NCBI RefSeq assembly: GCF_030646925.1
Contig: NZ_JAUSKL010000102.1
Coordinates: 3,457 to 67,456, forward strand
DNA from: Candidatus Binatus sp.
GTDB taxonomy: Bacteria > Desulfobacterota > Binatia > Binatales > Binataceae
Direction of reading: 5' to 3'
Length of the DNA stretch: 64,000 bases
The translations under genes and the position numbers were made by a program. Position 1 is the first letter of the stretch. Each line of letters starts with the position of its first letter. This document shows positions 8,513 through 16,504 of this stretch, piece after piece. A model generated the notes under the pieces. That model worked only from the letters and a program-made list of their open reading frames with translations, made no database searches and had not been told where the DNA came from.

Positions 8513-9541
8513 ATGGCGGTCAAATTCGGCATCTTCGATCATCTCGAGCGGCGCGACGTTCCGCTGGCGACGCTGTACGAGGAGCGGCTGCAATTGATCG
8601 CGGCCGCCGACGCGGCGGGAATCTACTGCTATCACTTGGCGGAGCATCACTCGACGCCGCTCGGATGCGCGCCGTCGCCGGGCATTTTTCTCTCCGCGGT
8701 CGCGCAGCGCACGCGCCGAATCCATCTGGGGCCGTTGGTGTATCTGCTGCCGCTGTATCATCCGCTGAGACTGGTCGAGGAGATTTGCATGCTCGATCAG
8801 ATGAGCGGCGGGCGGTTCGAGATCGGCGTGGGGCGCGGAATCTCGCCGTTCGAACTGGCGCACTTCAACGTTAATTTCCTGGCCGCGCGCGACATCTTCG
8901 AGGAATCGCTCAAGGTGATCGTCGAGGGCCTGCGCGAGCGGCGGCTCACGCATAAGGGTGAGCACTATCGATTCAACGCAGCGCCGATCGAGATTCATCC
9001 GCGGCAGGAACCGAATCCGCCGTTCTGGTACGGGACTTCGACTCCGGAGGGACTTGAGTTCGCGGCGCGGCATGGAATGAATATCGTCGCGGGCGGCCCG
9101 AACCAGGTGGTGGCGGGAGCGGCGCAGGTTTACCGCGAGCATCGCGAGCGTCATCGCGACAGCGCCGACAATCTGAATCCGCAGGTGAAAGTGCCGATGG
9201 TAGGCGCGGTGCGCCATTTCTTTGCGGCTGGCACCGATGCCGAAGCGATGGAAATCGCGCGGCCGTCTTATAAGACCTACTACGCGAATATCGTGAAGTT
9301 GTGGCGCGATCACGGTACGGTGCCGACGATGTTCACGGACGACGTCGAGTTGGCGTGCGATCATGACGCCGCGATTGTCGGATCGGGCGCGACGGCGCGG
9401 GAGAAGGTCGCGCGATACTTCAAGGAGACGGGCTGCAACTATTTGGTGCTGTCGTTCGCGTGGGGGAGTCTGACCCACGAGCAATCGCGCCGGTCACTGG
9501 ACATCTTCGTCAAAGAGGTGATGCCGGCATTCGCGGAATGA
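8513..9541 (+). CDS. LLM-class flavin-dependent oxidoreductase
   Basis: Motifs MAVKFGIFDHLE, YCYHLAEHHSTPLG, LDQMSGGRFEIGVGRGISPFE. Lies 12 nt after the previous LLM gene. Confidence 0.9.
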   Translation: MAVKFGIFDHLERRDVPLATLYEERLQLIAAADAAGIYCYHLAEHHSTPLGCAPSPGIFLSAVAQRTRRIHLGPLVYLLPLYHPLRLVEEICMLDQMSGGRFEIGVGRGISPFELAHFNVNFLAARDIFEESLKVIVEGLRERRLTHKGEHYRFNAAPIEIHPRQEPNPPFWYGTSTPEGLEFAARHGMNIVAGGPNQVVAGAAQVYREHRERHRDSADNLNPQVKVPMVGAVRHFFAAGTDAEAMEIARPSYKTYYANIVKLWRDHGTVPTMFTDDVELACDHDAAIVGSGATAREKVARYFKETGCNYLVLSFAWGSLTHEQSRRSLDIFVKEVMPAFAE

Positions 9542-9546
9542 GGACA

Positions 9547-9591
9547 CGGAGTGCGAAACCCCTCACGGTGGAGTTTACCCTGAGCCTCGAA
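9547..9591. repeat. dispersed intergenic repeat, copy 2 (copy 1 at 5033..5078)
   Basis: See 5033..5078. This copy starts 6 nt after the stop codon at 9539-9541. Confidence 0.8.
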
Positions 9592-9652
9592 GGCACCACG
9601 ACCACGATGACGACTAATCTGGGCGAGCGGATCTAGCCGAATCGGCATCGAA

Positions 9653-9688
9653 CCCTCGGAGAGAGATCTCCGGGGGTTTTGTTTTGTT
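9653..9688 (+). terminator. rho-independent terminator after the second LLM gene
   Basis: ccctcggaga-gaga-tctccggggg forms a 10-bp stem with one G-U pair, followed by ttttgttttgtt. Confidence 0.8.
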
Positions 9689-9785
9689 CAATCGCGGTAT
9701 CGGCGGGGTGGACCGCCGAGGCCTTACCGGTCTATGAAAGAGACCACGTTCAGATTTTGGAGACAGCGCAGGAGGCGAGAACATC

Positions 9786-10913
9786 ATGCACGTAGGATAT
9801 GGAACAGCATTTCAAAATCCGAACAACGCTCTTTCGGACGCGGAGGTGTATCGCAACGAACTCCGGCTCGCCGAGATGGCGGAGCCGCTCGGGTTCGATT
9901 CGATTTGGGGCGTCGAGCATCACTTCGACGATTACACGATGTGCCCCGACGTTCTGCAGTTCCTTTCCTATATCGCGGGCAGAACGAGCCACATCAAGCT
10001 GGGCACGGGAGTGGTGGTGCTGCCGTGGCACGATCCGATTCGCGTGGCGGAGCAGGTGTCGTTGCTCGATCATGTATCGAACGGGCGCGTGATCCTGGGG
10101 CTCGGACGCGGACTCGCGCGAATCGAGTACGAGGGCTTTCGGATCGATCAGAATGAAGGGCGCAACTTGTTCGTCGAGTACGCGGAACTGGTGTTGAATG
10201 CGCTCGAGACGGGGTACATGGAAGGCGGCCGCTACACGCGGCAGCCGCGGCGCGAGATTCGTCCGTTCCCGGCGCGATCGTTCAAGGGGCGGACTTATGC
10301 GGCGGCGGTGTCGCCGGAATCGATGCCGATCATGGCGAAGCTGGGCGCGGGCTTGCTGGTGATCCCGCAGAAGCCGTGGGAAGCGGTGAAAAAAGATTTC
10401 GAGGTCTATCACAAGGTGTGGCGCGAGGTTAACGGCGCGACACCGGCGACGAAGCCGCTCTCGGGCGGGTTCTGCTTCGTCGATGAGAACAAGGATCGCG
10501 CCGAAGCGATGGCGATGAAGTGGATCGCGGCGAACTATCAAACCGTGATGAAGCACTACGAGATGACGTCGGAGAAATTCGGCTCGCAGAAGAGCTACGA
10601 GTTCTACAGCAACGTCGGCAAGTTCATCAAGAAGCACGGCGTCGATGGCGCGGCGCGGGACTTTGCGTTGCTGATGCCGTGGGGGACGCCGGAGCAGGTG
10701 ATCGAGAAGGTCGCGTTCATCAGGGATACGATCGATACGAACGGAGTGTTTTTCAATTTCAGTTTCGCGGGGATGCCGTTTGACGACGCCGAGCGCAGTC
10801 TCAAGTGCTTCGCGAAATACGTGCTGCCGGAACTGAAGAAGTGGGACACGGCGCCGATGCTGGATGCAACGGAGCGGCGGCAGCCGGCCGAGGCGCACGC
10901 GAGCGCATCGTAA
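9786..10913 (+). CDS. LLM-class flavin-dependent oxidoreductase (LuxA-like)
   Basis: Motifs GFDSIWGVEHHFDDYTMCPD, LLDHVSNGRVILGLGRGLARIEYEGF. RBS aggagg lies upstream. Confidence 0.9.
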   Translation: MHVGYGTAFQNPNNALSDAEVYRNELRLAEMAEPLGFDSIWGVEHHFDDYTMCPDVLQFLSYIAGRTSHIKLGTGVVVLPWHDPIRVAEQVSLLDHVSNGRVILGLGRGLARIEYEGFRIDQNEGRNLFVEYAELVLNALETGYMEGGRYTRQPRREIRPFPARSFKGRTYAAAVSPESMPIMAKLGAGLLVIPQKPWEAVKKDFEVYHKVWREVNGATPATKPLSGGFCFVDENKDRAEAMAMKWIAANYQTVMKHYEMTSEKFGSQKSYEFYSNVGKFIKKHGVDGAARDFALLMPWGTPEQVIEKVAFIRDTIDTNGVFFNFSFAGMPFDDAERSLKCFAKYVLPELKKWDTAPMLDATERRQPAEAHASAS

Positions 10914-10934
10914 CTGGCAGAGGGAATTGCGATG

Positions 10935-10971
10935 GAGGGGGCTTTCAATCGAAAGCCCCCTTCTCTTTTTT
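10935..10971 (+). terminator. rho-independent terminator (potentially bidirectional)
   Basis: gggggctttc-aatc-gaaagccccc forms a 10-bp stem followed by ttctctttttt. An A-run lies on the other side of the hairpin. Confidence 0.8.
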
Positions 10972-10992
10972 AACGCAGAGCGCGGCGCGCGG

Positions 10993-11151
10993 CTAATGTT
11001 CGAGCGTGCGAACGTAAGCCTTCATCAGGGTAAGCGCTTCGTCGGTGGTCATCAGATCCATGAACAGGTTGCGTCCGAGGCGAAGGCCTTCGACGAGCGG
11101 CTTTTCGAATGCGGTTCGGGCGAGGCGCTTGATATGAGCGAGACCGGCGTG
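10993..11151 (-). pseudogene. start-less 3' gene fragment (~52 codons); crotonase-like C-terminal helix pattern; identity uncertain
   Basis: The minus frame reads GSHAGLAHIKRLARTAFEKPLVEGLRLGRNLFMDLMTTDEALTLMKAYVRTLEH followed by a stop. GC3 is about 70% by hand count. There is no in-frame start giving more than 22 aa. The upstream part is replaced by REP-like hairpins. Confidence 0.3.
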
Positions 11152-11287
11152 CGATCCGGCACCCTCACCTACCCGCCGCTGAGCGGCGGGCCTCCTCTCC
11201 CGTAAAGTAACGGGAGAGGTAAAAAACCGGTGCTCGCCGCGGGTGAGCGCTCGCTCGCGACACGAAGCGGGCGAGGTAAAAGCTCTG
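11151..11287. repeat. REP-like hairpin cluster
   Basis: gcgatccggcaccctcacc (also at 63945-63963), followed by hairpins ccgccgc-tga-gcggcgg, ctctcccgt-aaagta-acgggagag and ctcgctcgc-gacacgaa-gcgggcgag. The last two are each followed by gtaaaa. Confidence 0.7.
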
Positions 11288-13348
11288 CTAGGCGGGGGAG
11301 GGAGCTCGGTTGCGCGATAGCCGGGGCGGCGGACCGGCGACGCGGACCGGAAGGATCACGAGACTCAGGCCTTGCAACTGGAGCCATCGGAGCAATTCGA
11401 ACGCGGTGTGGTTGTGGAGAAAGCGGCTGAAGAAGCCGTCGAGTTCCTCGTTGAAAACCAACTGGCCGGCGAAGAAAACCGAATTGGGAAATATTTCGGC
11501 GACCTCGAGACAGAGGCGGCGGAGCTCGGTGACGACGTCGGCGCCGAGGCCGGTTTTGACTTCCGCGTGGAAGCCGAGGTCGGCGGCGAGTTGGCAATAC
11601 TCGAGCGCGTCGCTGTTGATTTGCTCTTCGAGCTGATTGACTTCGTCGTGGCCCTTGAGCAGCGACGAATCGAACTCGCCGACGCTGATGAAGACGACAT
11701 TGTGAAACTGTCCTTCGAACAGGCGCGGGATTTTAAGCAGCGTCGCGAGGCCGAGACCGTTGAATCCGTTGACCAGCAGCACCGCAGTGGGCGCGCGTGG
11801 ATCGCGGGCATACGGCTTCTTGGCCTTGGCGGCGAAAATGTCGGGCAGCACGTCGGCCTCGAGTTGTTCGATCGCCTTGGAGACTTTCGCGTAGTGGCGG
11901 CGGACCATGTAGCAGAAGGCGACCACGGCGCTGGTGATCGCGACGGTGACCCAACCGCCTTCGTCGAATTTAAGCGTGACGGTGAGGAACAGGATGAGGG
12001 CGGTGAAGATGCATCCGACGCCGTTGATCAGCAGCTTGCGAATCCATTGCGGCTGCGTCGCGCGCTCGCGCCACCAAAGCGCGCTCATGCCGAGCTGCGA
12101 AAGAGTGAAGGTGACGAAGACGTTGATGGCGTAGAGGATGACGAGGATTCTGACGCTGGCGCGGGTGCCGATCAGAACGAGCAGGGCGGCGAGACCCATC
12201 GCGACGACGCCGTCCTGGGTGACGAGGCGTTCGCTGAGGTTCGCAAAGCGGCGCGGCACCCATCGATCGGTCGCCATCGTGGCGAGTACTTGCGGACCAC
12301 CGACGAATCCGGTCTGAGCCGCGACGAAGAGCAGGGCGCCTTCGGTGAGGAGGGTCATCGTGACGATCGGCATCCCGAGCGAGAGGCCTCCGATGGTCCA
12401 GTGTTCAGTCAGGCGCTCGAAGAGCACAGCATTCAGGGTTTTGCCGTGCTGGGGTTCGACGCCGGCGAGCAGGTACGCGACCAGGATTCCGCCCGCGATG
12501 AACGCGAGCGAGAGCGCCATGTAGAGCATCGTGCGCTTGCCGGTGACGGCTCGAGGCTCGCGCAAGATAGGCAGTCCATTACTCACTGCCTCGATTCCGG
12601 TATAGGTACCGGCGCCCATGCTGTATGCTCTGAAGAATACTATTGCGAGGCCAACGATTCCGAGCGTATCGAATCCCTGGCGCGCTTGTTGCATCGCGTC
12701 GCGCCCGATTACCGGCAGATCGCCGGCATGACTAAGAAATGCATAGACAATGAGTATGGAGTGCAATCCGACGAAGGCCAGAAAAATCGGAACCAGCGCC
12801 AGCACTGACTCCTTGACGCCGCGGAGATTCATCGCGACCATCACGACTACGACGCCGAAGGCGAGCCAGAATTTGTATGGCAGCCATGCTACGGGGAGAA
12901 AACTGAATATAGCGTCGGCGCCACTGGCTATTGAAATGGCTACAGTCAGTACATAGTCAACTATGAGAGCGCATCCCGAGACTAGTCCTGGATAAGTACC
13001 TAATAGCTTGGTAGCTACCAGGTATCCGCCACCGCCGGTCGGAAATTGATCGATTGTTTGCGAATAGGATGCCGAAATGATGAAAACCGTGAGCGCCATC
13101 AGGAGCGCGAGGAAGACTGCGAGATATTGATGGGAGCCGAGGGCAAGGAATGCTTCCTCGGGGCCGTAGCACGACGAGCTGAGGCCGTCGGAGCCGAGGC
13201 CGACCCAGGCGAGAAATGCGATCAGCGAGAGGCTGTGAAAGGTCTGCGGGTCGCGGACGTCGCGCGCCGGACCAATCAGGACTTTAGTGAGGGTTCGCTT
13301 TCCCCGGTTGGATTCGTCGCGGGAATCCTTCACCAATTCAATCGGCAC
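11288..13348 (-). CDS. APC-superfamily permease with a ~200-aa cytoplasmic C-terminal domain
   Basis: 686-aa ORF with a GTG start and about 12 hydrophobic segments. Motifs GSDGLSSSCYGPEEA and FRAYSMGAGTYTGIEAVSNG are typical of amino-acid/cation APC transporters. Confidence 0.85.
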   Translation of the reverse strand: MPIELVKDSRDESNRGKRTLTKVLIGPARDVRDPQTFHSLSLIAFLAWVGLGSDGLSSSCYGPEEAFLALGSHQYLAVFLALLMALTVFIISASYSQTIDQFPTGGGGYLVATKLLGTYPGLVSGCALIVDYVLTVAISIASGADAIFSFLPVAWLPYKFWLAFGVVVVMVAMNLRGVKESVLALVPIFLAFVGLHSILIVYAFLSHAGDLPVIGRDAMQQARQGFDTLGIVGLAIVFFRAYSMGAGTYTGIEAVSNGLPILREPRAVTGKRTMLYMALSLAFIAGGILVAYLLAGVEPQHGKTLNAVLFERLTEHWTIGGLSLGMPIVTMTLLTEGALLFVAAQTGFVGGPQVLATMATDRWVPRRFANLSERLVTQDGVVAMGLAALLVLIGTRASVRILVILYAINVFVTFTLSQLGMSALWWRERATQPQWIRKLLINGVGCIFTALILFLTVTLKFDEGGWVTVAITSAVVAFCYMVRRHYAKVSKAIEQLEADVLPDIFAAKAKKPYARDPRAPTAVLLVNGFNGLGLATLLKIPRLFEGQFHNVVFISVGEFDSSLLKGHDEVNQLEEQINSDALEYCQLAADLGFHAEVKTGLGADVVTELRRLCLEVAEIFPNSVFFAGQLVFNEELDGFFSRFLHNHTAFELLRWLQLQGLSLVILPVRVAGPPPRLSRNRAPSPA

Positions 13349-13522
13349 AACTGTTATTCCTGCAAAATTGCTTCAAACTGACTTGAGCTAGGCTTCAGCG
13401 CGGAGCCTCGCCACTTGGGTCATTATGCATCAGCGGGGAAATCGCCATATCGTGCAGGCGATGGAGCCGGACCTAGAACCTAAGATGGATAGGTAGATAG
13501 GCGGGCTGGTGGAAGGTATGGG

Positions 13523-14155
13523 TCAGCGATCGCGATTCAGCACGGGAACGATGCCGGTCTTGATCGCGTAGTGGGTCAGTTCGAGGCGATCGCGCAGCCC
13601 GAGTTTCTGAAAAATATTGTTGAGATGAGTCTTGACGGTGCTTTCGCTGATCGCGAGGCGCTCGCCGACTTCGGCGTTTCTGAGGCCGGAGGCGACGTAG
13701 CGAATGATCTCGGATTCGCGCGGGGTGAGTTGGCGGCCGGTCGAGGTCTCCTGGCGGGCGAACTCGGTCTGGACGTTGGTAGGCATCCAGACGAGGCCGT
13801 CGGCGACGGTGCGGAGCGCGGTCATCAGGGTTTCGATCGCGAAGCGTTTCTGGATGATGCCGCGGGCGCCGAGGCGCAAAGCGCTGACGCCGTTTTCGGC
13901 GCTCTCGCTGGCGGTGAGGACGACGACTTTGGTGAGGCGCGCGAGTTGCGGAATATCCTGCATCGACCAGCGCTCCATCTGCAGATCGAGCAGCAGGATA
14001 TCGCAGGGGTTGGCGGCGACGACGGCCTGGACGTCGGACGCGCGTTCGACTTCGGCGACGACCTTGATATCCGGCTCGAGGAGGAGCAGCGACTTCAAGC
14101 CCTGGCGAAATAGGGCGTGATCGTCGGCGATTATCAGGCGGATGGAAGTTTGCAT
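13523..14155 (-). CDS. NarL/FixJ-family response regulator (REC + LuxR HTH)
   Basis: Motifs IRLIIADDHALFRQGL, ILLLDLQM, LTPRESEIIRYVASGLRNAEVGERLAISESTVKTHLNNIF. Start at ATG 14155, 2 nt after the kinase stop. Confidence 0.9.
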   Translation of the reverse strand: MQTSIRLIIADDHALFRQGLKSLLLLEPDIKVVAEVERASDVQAVVAANPCDILLLDLQMERWSMQDIPQLARLTKVVVLTASESAENGVSALRLGARGIIQKRFAIETLMTALRTVADGLVWMPTNVQTEFARQETSTGRQLTPRESEIIRYVASGLRNAEVGERLAISESTVKTHLNNIFQKLGLRDRLELTHYAIKTGIVPVLNRDR

Positions 14156-14157
14156 GG

Positions 14158-15234
14158 TCAGGCGTTGGGGATTTCGATGTCGAGTTGGGTCGAGCCGTTG
14201 CTGTGCATGTTGAGATGCCCGCCCAATTCCGCGACGCGCGATGCGATCGCCCAAGGCTGGCTTGCGGAGGCGGACATCCCGACGCCGTCGTCCTCGATGA
14301 CGATCGAAACCTTGTCGCCGATTCCGCGGACGTCGATTTTAACCAGGTTGGCCATCCCGTGGCGGCGCGCGTTGCGCAAACCTTCGAGCATAATTTGCAG
14401 AATATGCTCGCCAAGCAAACCGCGTCCGCTGAAACTCGCGCGAACGTCGAAGCGCGGGTCGGAAACCGGGGTTGAAAAATTCGACGCCAGACCCTGCTCG
14501 ACGCCGGCGAGCGAGCGCAGGTACTTGCGCACGTCGTCGTATTCGCGCGCGACGCCGGTCTGCAGATCGGTCAATTCGGCGAGGCAATCGCGCGCGCGAT
14601 CGCGACTGAGCAGCGCGCGGCAAGTCTCGAGCCGCAGGTTAACGCCCGCCAGCGCCTGAACGTAACCGTCGTGCAGGGAGCGGGCGATCGAGAGGCGCTC
14701 GGCGCGGGCCTCGAGTTCGTGCGCCTGGTCTTCGAACAGCGCGCGCTGCTGGGAGAAGAATCCGATCAGATAGCCGGCGATCGCGAGGTATACTGCGCGC
14801 ATCATGTAGAAGCTGGAAATTCCGCCGGTGGTTACGATCACCAGCAGGTAGAGGGCTACGCTCACGAGCGTCACCGCGATAGTCGGCGTCAGACTGGTGC
14901 GGATGCCGACCGCGATAATCGCGAACAGGAAGAATACATAGGATGCGCTGGTCTGGCCCTCGGTGAGGAAAGCGATCGCGGTCGCGAAGAACAGGTCGAG
15001 GAAAATCGAGATCAACTGGAGACTCGCGCGAGCGAAGTTGCGGCTCAAGGTGAAATAAATCGCGACGCTGTACGACAGATGGCAGAGCAGGATGATGAGT
15101 TCGTGGGTATTGAGATGAAAGAGGCCGCCGGAGGTGCTGGGGTCGACGTACAGGGAGAGCATCGCGACGATCGAGAGCGCGATGCGGGCGCGCGCGACGC
15201 TCAGATCGAGGTCCTTGAACTCGGAGAGTTTCAT
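14158..15234 (-). CDS. membrane sensor histidine kinase (HisKA_3 type)
   Basis: About five N-terminal TM segments, H-box SIARSLHDGYVQALAG, and ATPase motifs NARRHGMA and IEDDGVGM. Confidence 0.9.
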   Translation of the reverse strand: MKLSEFKDLDLSVARARIALSIVAMLSLYVDPSTSGGLFHLNTHELIILLCHLSYSVAIYFTLSRNFARASLQLISIFLDLFFATAIAFLTEGQTSASYVFFLFAIIAVGIRTSLTPTIAVTLVSVALYLLVIVTTGGISSFYMMRAVYLAIAGYLIGFFSQQRALFEDQAHELEARAERLSIARSLHDGYVQALAGVNLRLETCRALLSRDRARDCLAELTDLQTGVAREYDDVRKYLRSLAGVEQGLASNFSTPVSDPRFDVRASFSGRGLLGEHILQIMLEGLRNARRHGMANLVKIDVRGIGDKVSIVIEDDGVGMSASASQPWAIASRVAELGGHLNMHSNGSTQLDIEIPNA

Positions 15235-15545
15235 ACGAGCTTATAACGCGCGGACGGCGGCGGTTGAAATAGCGGCGAATCGCCGGCGCCGGCTTTCGAC
15301 GATGGGCGAGGAGGAGCGCCGCGCAGTTTCGACGCTGCCAGGAGCAGCGATTCTGCGGGGCGAAATCGCGGGGCATTGTCTGATCACCCACGCAAAAGAT
15401 AGCATCGAGGGAGAGCATCGCGGAGAACGCGAACGCCGTGTTTCTGAGCATCGGAACGTCGGCGGCGCGATGCTGTACAAAAGGGGAAACCGCGCGAGGA
15501 CGTCATCATCGGAGCGAAGGAAAACAGCCACGCAGTGACCGACAA

Positions 15546-16460
15546 ATGAGAGTGTTCACGGACTTCGGAGTCCGCGCCGAAGCTGCTGCCGGCGAGGCAA
15601 CCGCATCAAGCGAGCGCATCCGCGCTAACCTCGCGGGAGTCGGCACGATTTTCGCCGTCGGCAGTGCGCGCGGCGGCGTCGGCAAGAGCATGATCGCGGT
15701 GAACATGGCGGTCGCGTTCGCACTCAAGGGGCGCAAGGTGGCGATCTTCGACGCCGATCTGAATTCGCCGAGCGTACCGTTCATGCTGGGCATGAAAGCG
15801 CCGCGCCATTTCCCGATGATCGAAGGAATCGAGCCGGCTGCGGGTCCGCACGGACTGCGGGTGATTTCGAGCGACGTCTTTCCCGGCGGCGAGCCCGCGC
15901 CGATGACGTTTCTCGCCGACGACGGCGAACTTTCGCCGCCGGCGCAACCAGCGCTGGTGCGAATGAGTTATGGCGAGGCGCTGCAGCGGATTTTAGCGCA
16001 GACGCAATTCGGCACGGTCGATTTGATGATCATCGACGCCGCGTCGGGACTCGACCGCCTGCATACGATCGCGTCGATGATCCAGCTCGACGGGGTGCTG
16101 CTGCTGAGTCATCCATCGGGCCTCGATGCGCTAGCGGCGCGCCACACGCTCGAGGTCGCAAAGTGCAACGCGCCGGTGCTCGGAATCGTCGAGAACATGG
16201 TGGGTTTCAATTGCGACGGCTGCCGCTCGGTACGGCCGCTGTTTCCGGAAGGCGATTTGCACGGCATGGCGCGCGAGAGCGGAGTGCCGATTCTGGCGCG
16301 GCTGGGATTCGAGCCGCGGCTGGCCGATAGCGGCGATCGCGGCACGCTGTTCGTGCGCGAATACGCGGCGACGCCGACCGGCAAGGCGCTCAACGATTTG
16401 GCGTCGCGGCTCGAGACGATTCTTTTGGCGCATCCGCGCGCGGTCGAATCCGCCGCCTAG
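15546..16460 (+). CDS. Mrp/NBP35 (ApbC-like) P-loop ATPase
   Basis: Motifs IFAVGSARGGVGKSMIAVNMA, IFDADLNSPS, GIVENMVGFNCDGCRSV. Start placed at ATG 15546. Confidence 0.8.
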   Translation: MRVFTDFGVRAEAAAGEATASSERIRANLAGVGTIFAVGSARGGVGKSMIAVNMAVAFALKGRKVAIFDADLNSPSVPFMLGMKAPRHFPMIEGIEPAAGPHGLRVISSDVFPGGEPAPMTFLADDGELSPPAQPALVRMSYGEALQRILAQTQFGTVDLMIIDAASGLDRLHTIASMIQLDGVLLLSHPSGLDALAARHTLEVAKCNAPVLGIVENMVGFNCDGCRSVRPLFPEGDLHGMARESGVPILARLGFEPRLADSGDRGTLFVREYAATPTGKALNDLASRLETILLAHPRAVESAA

Positions 16461-16504
16461 CTGTCACGGTCGCGGATACGCCCGCGATTAGCACCATTCA
16501 TATT

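Noticed and set aside
8393-10898. Antisense ORFs 8393..9484(-) and 9750..10898(-) opposite the LLM genes
   Set aside because: These are typical high-GC antisense artefacts (R/H/A-rich) that fully overlap strongly supported genes. The same reasoning applies to 11372..12808(+), 16742..17323(+), 18250..19077(+), 23099..24094(+) and 24507..25430(+).
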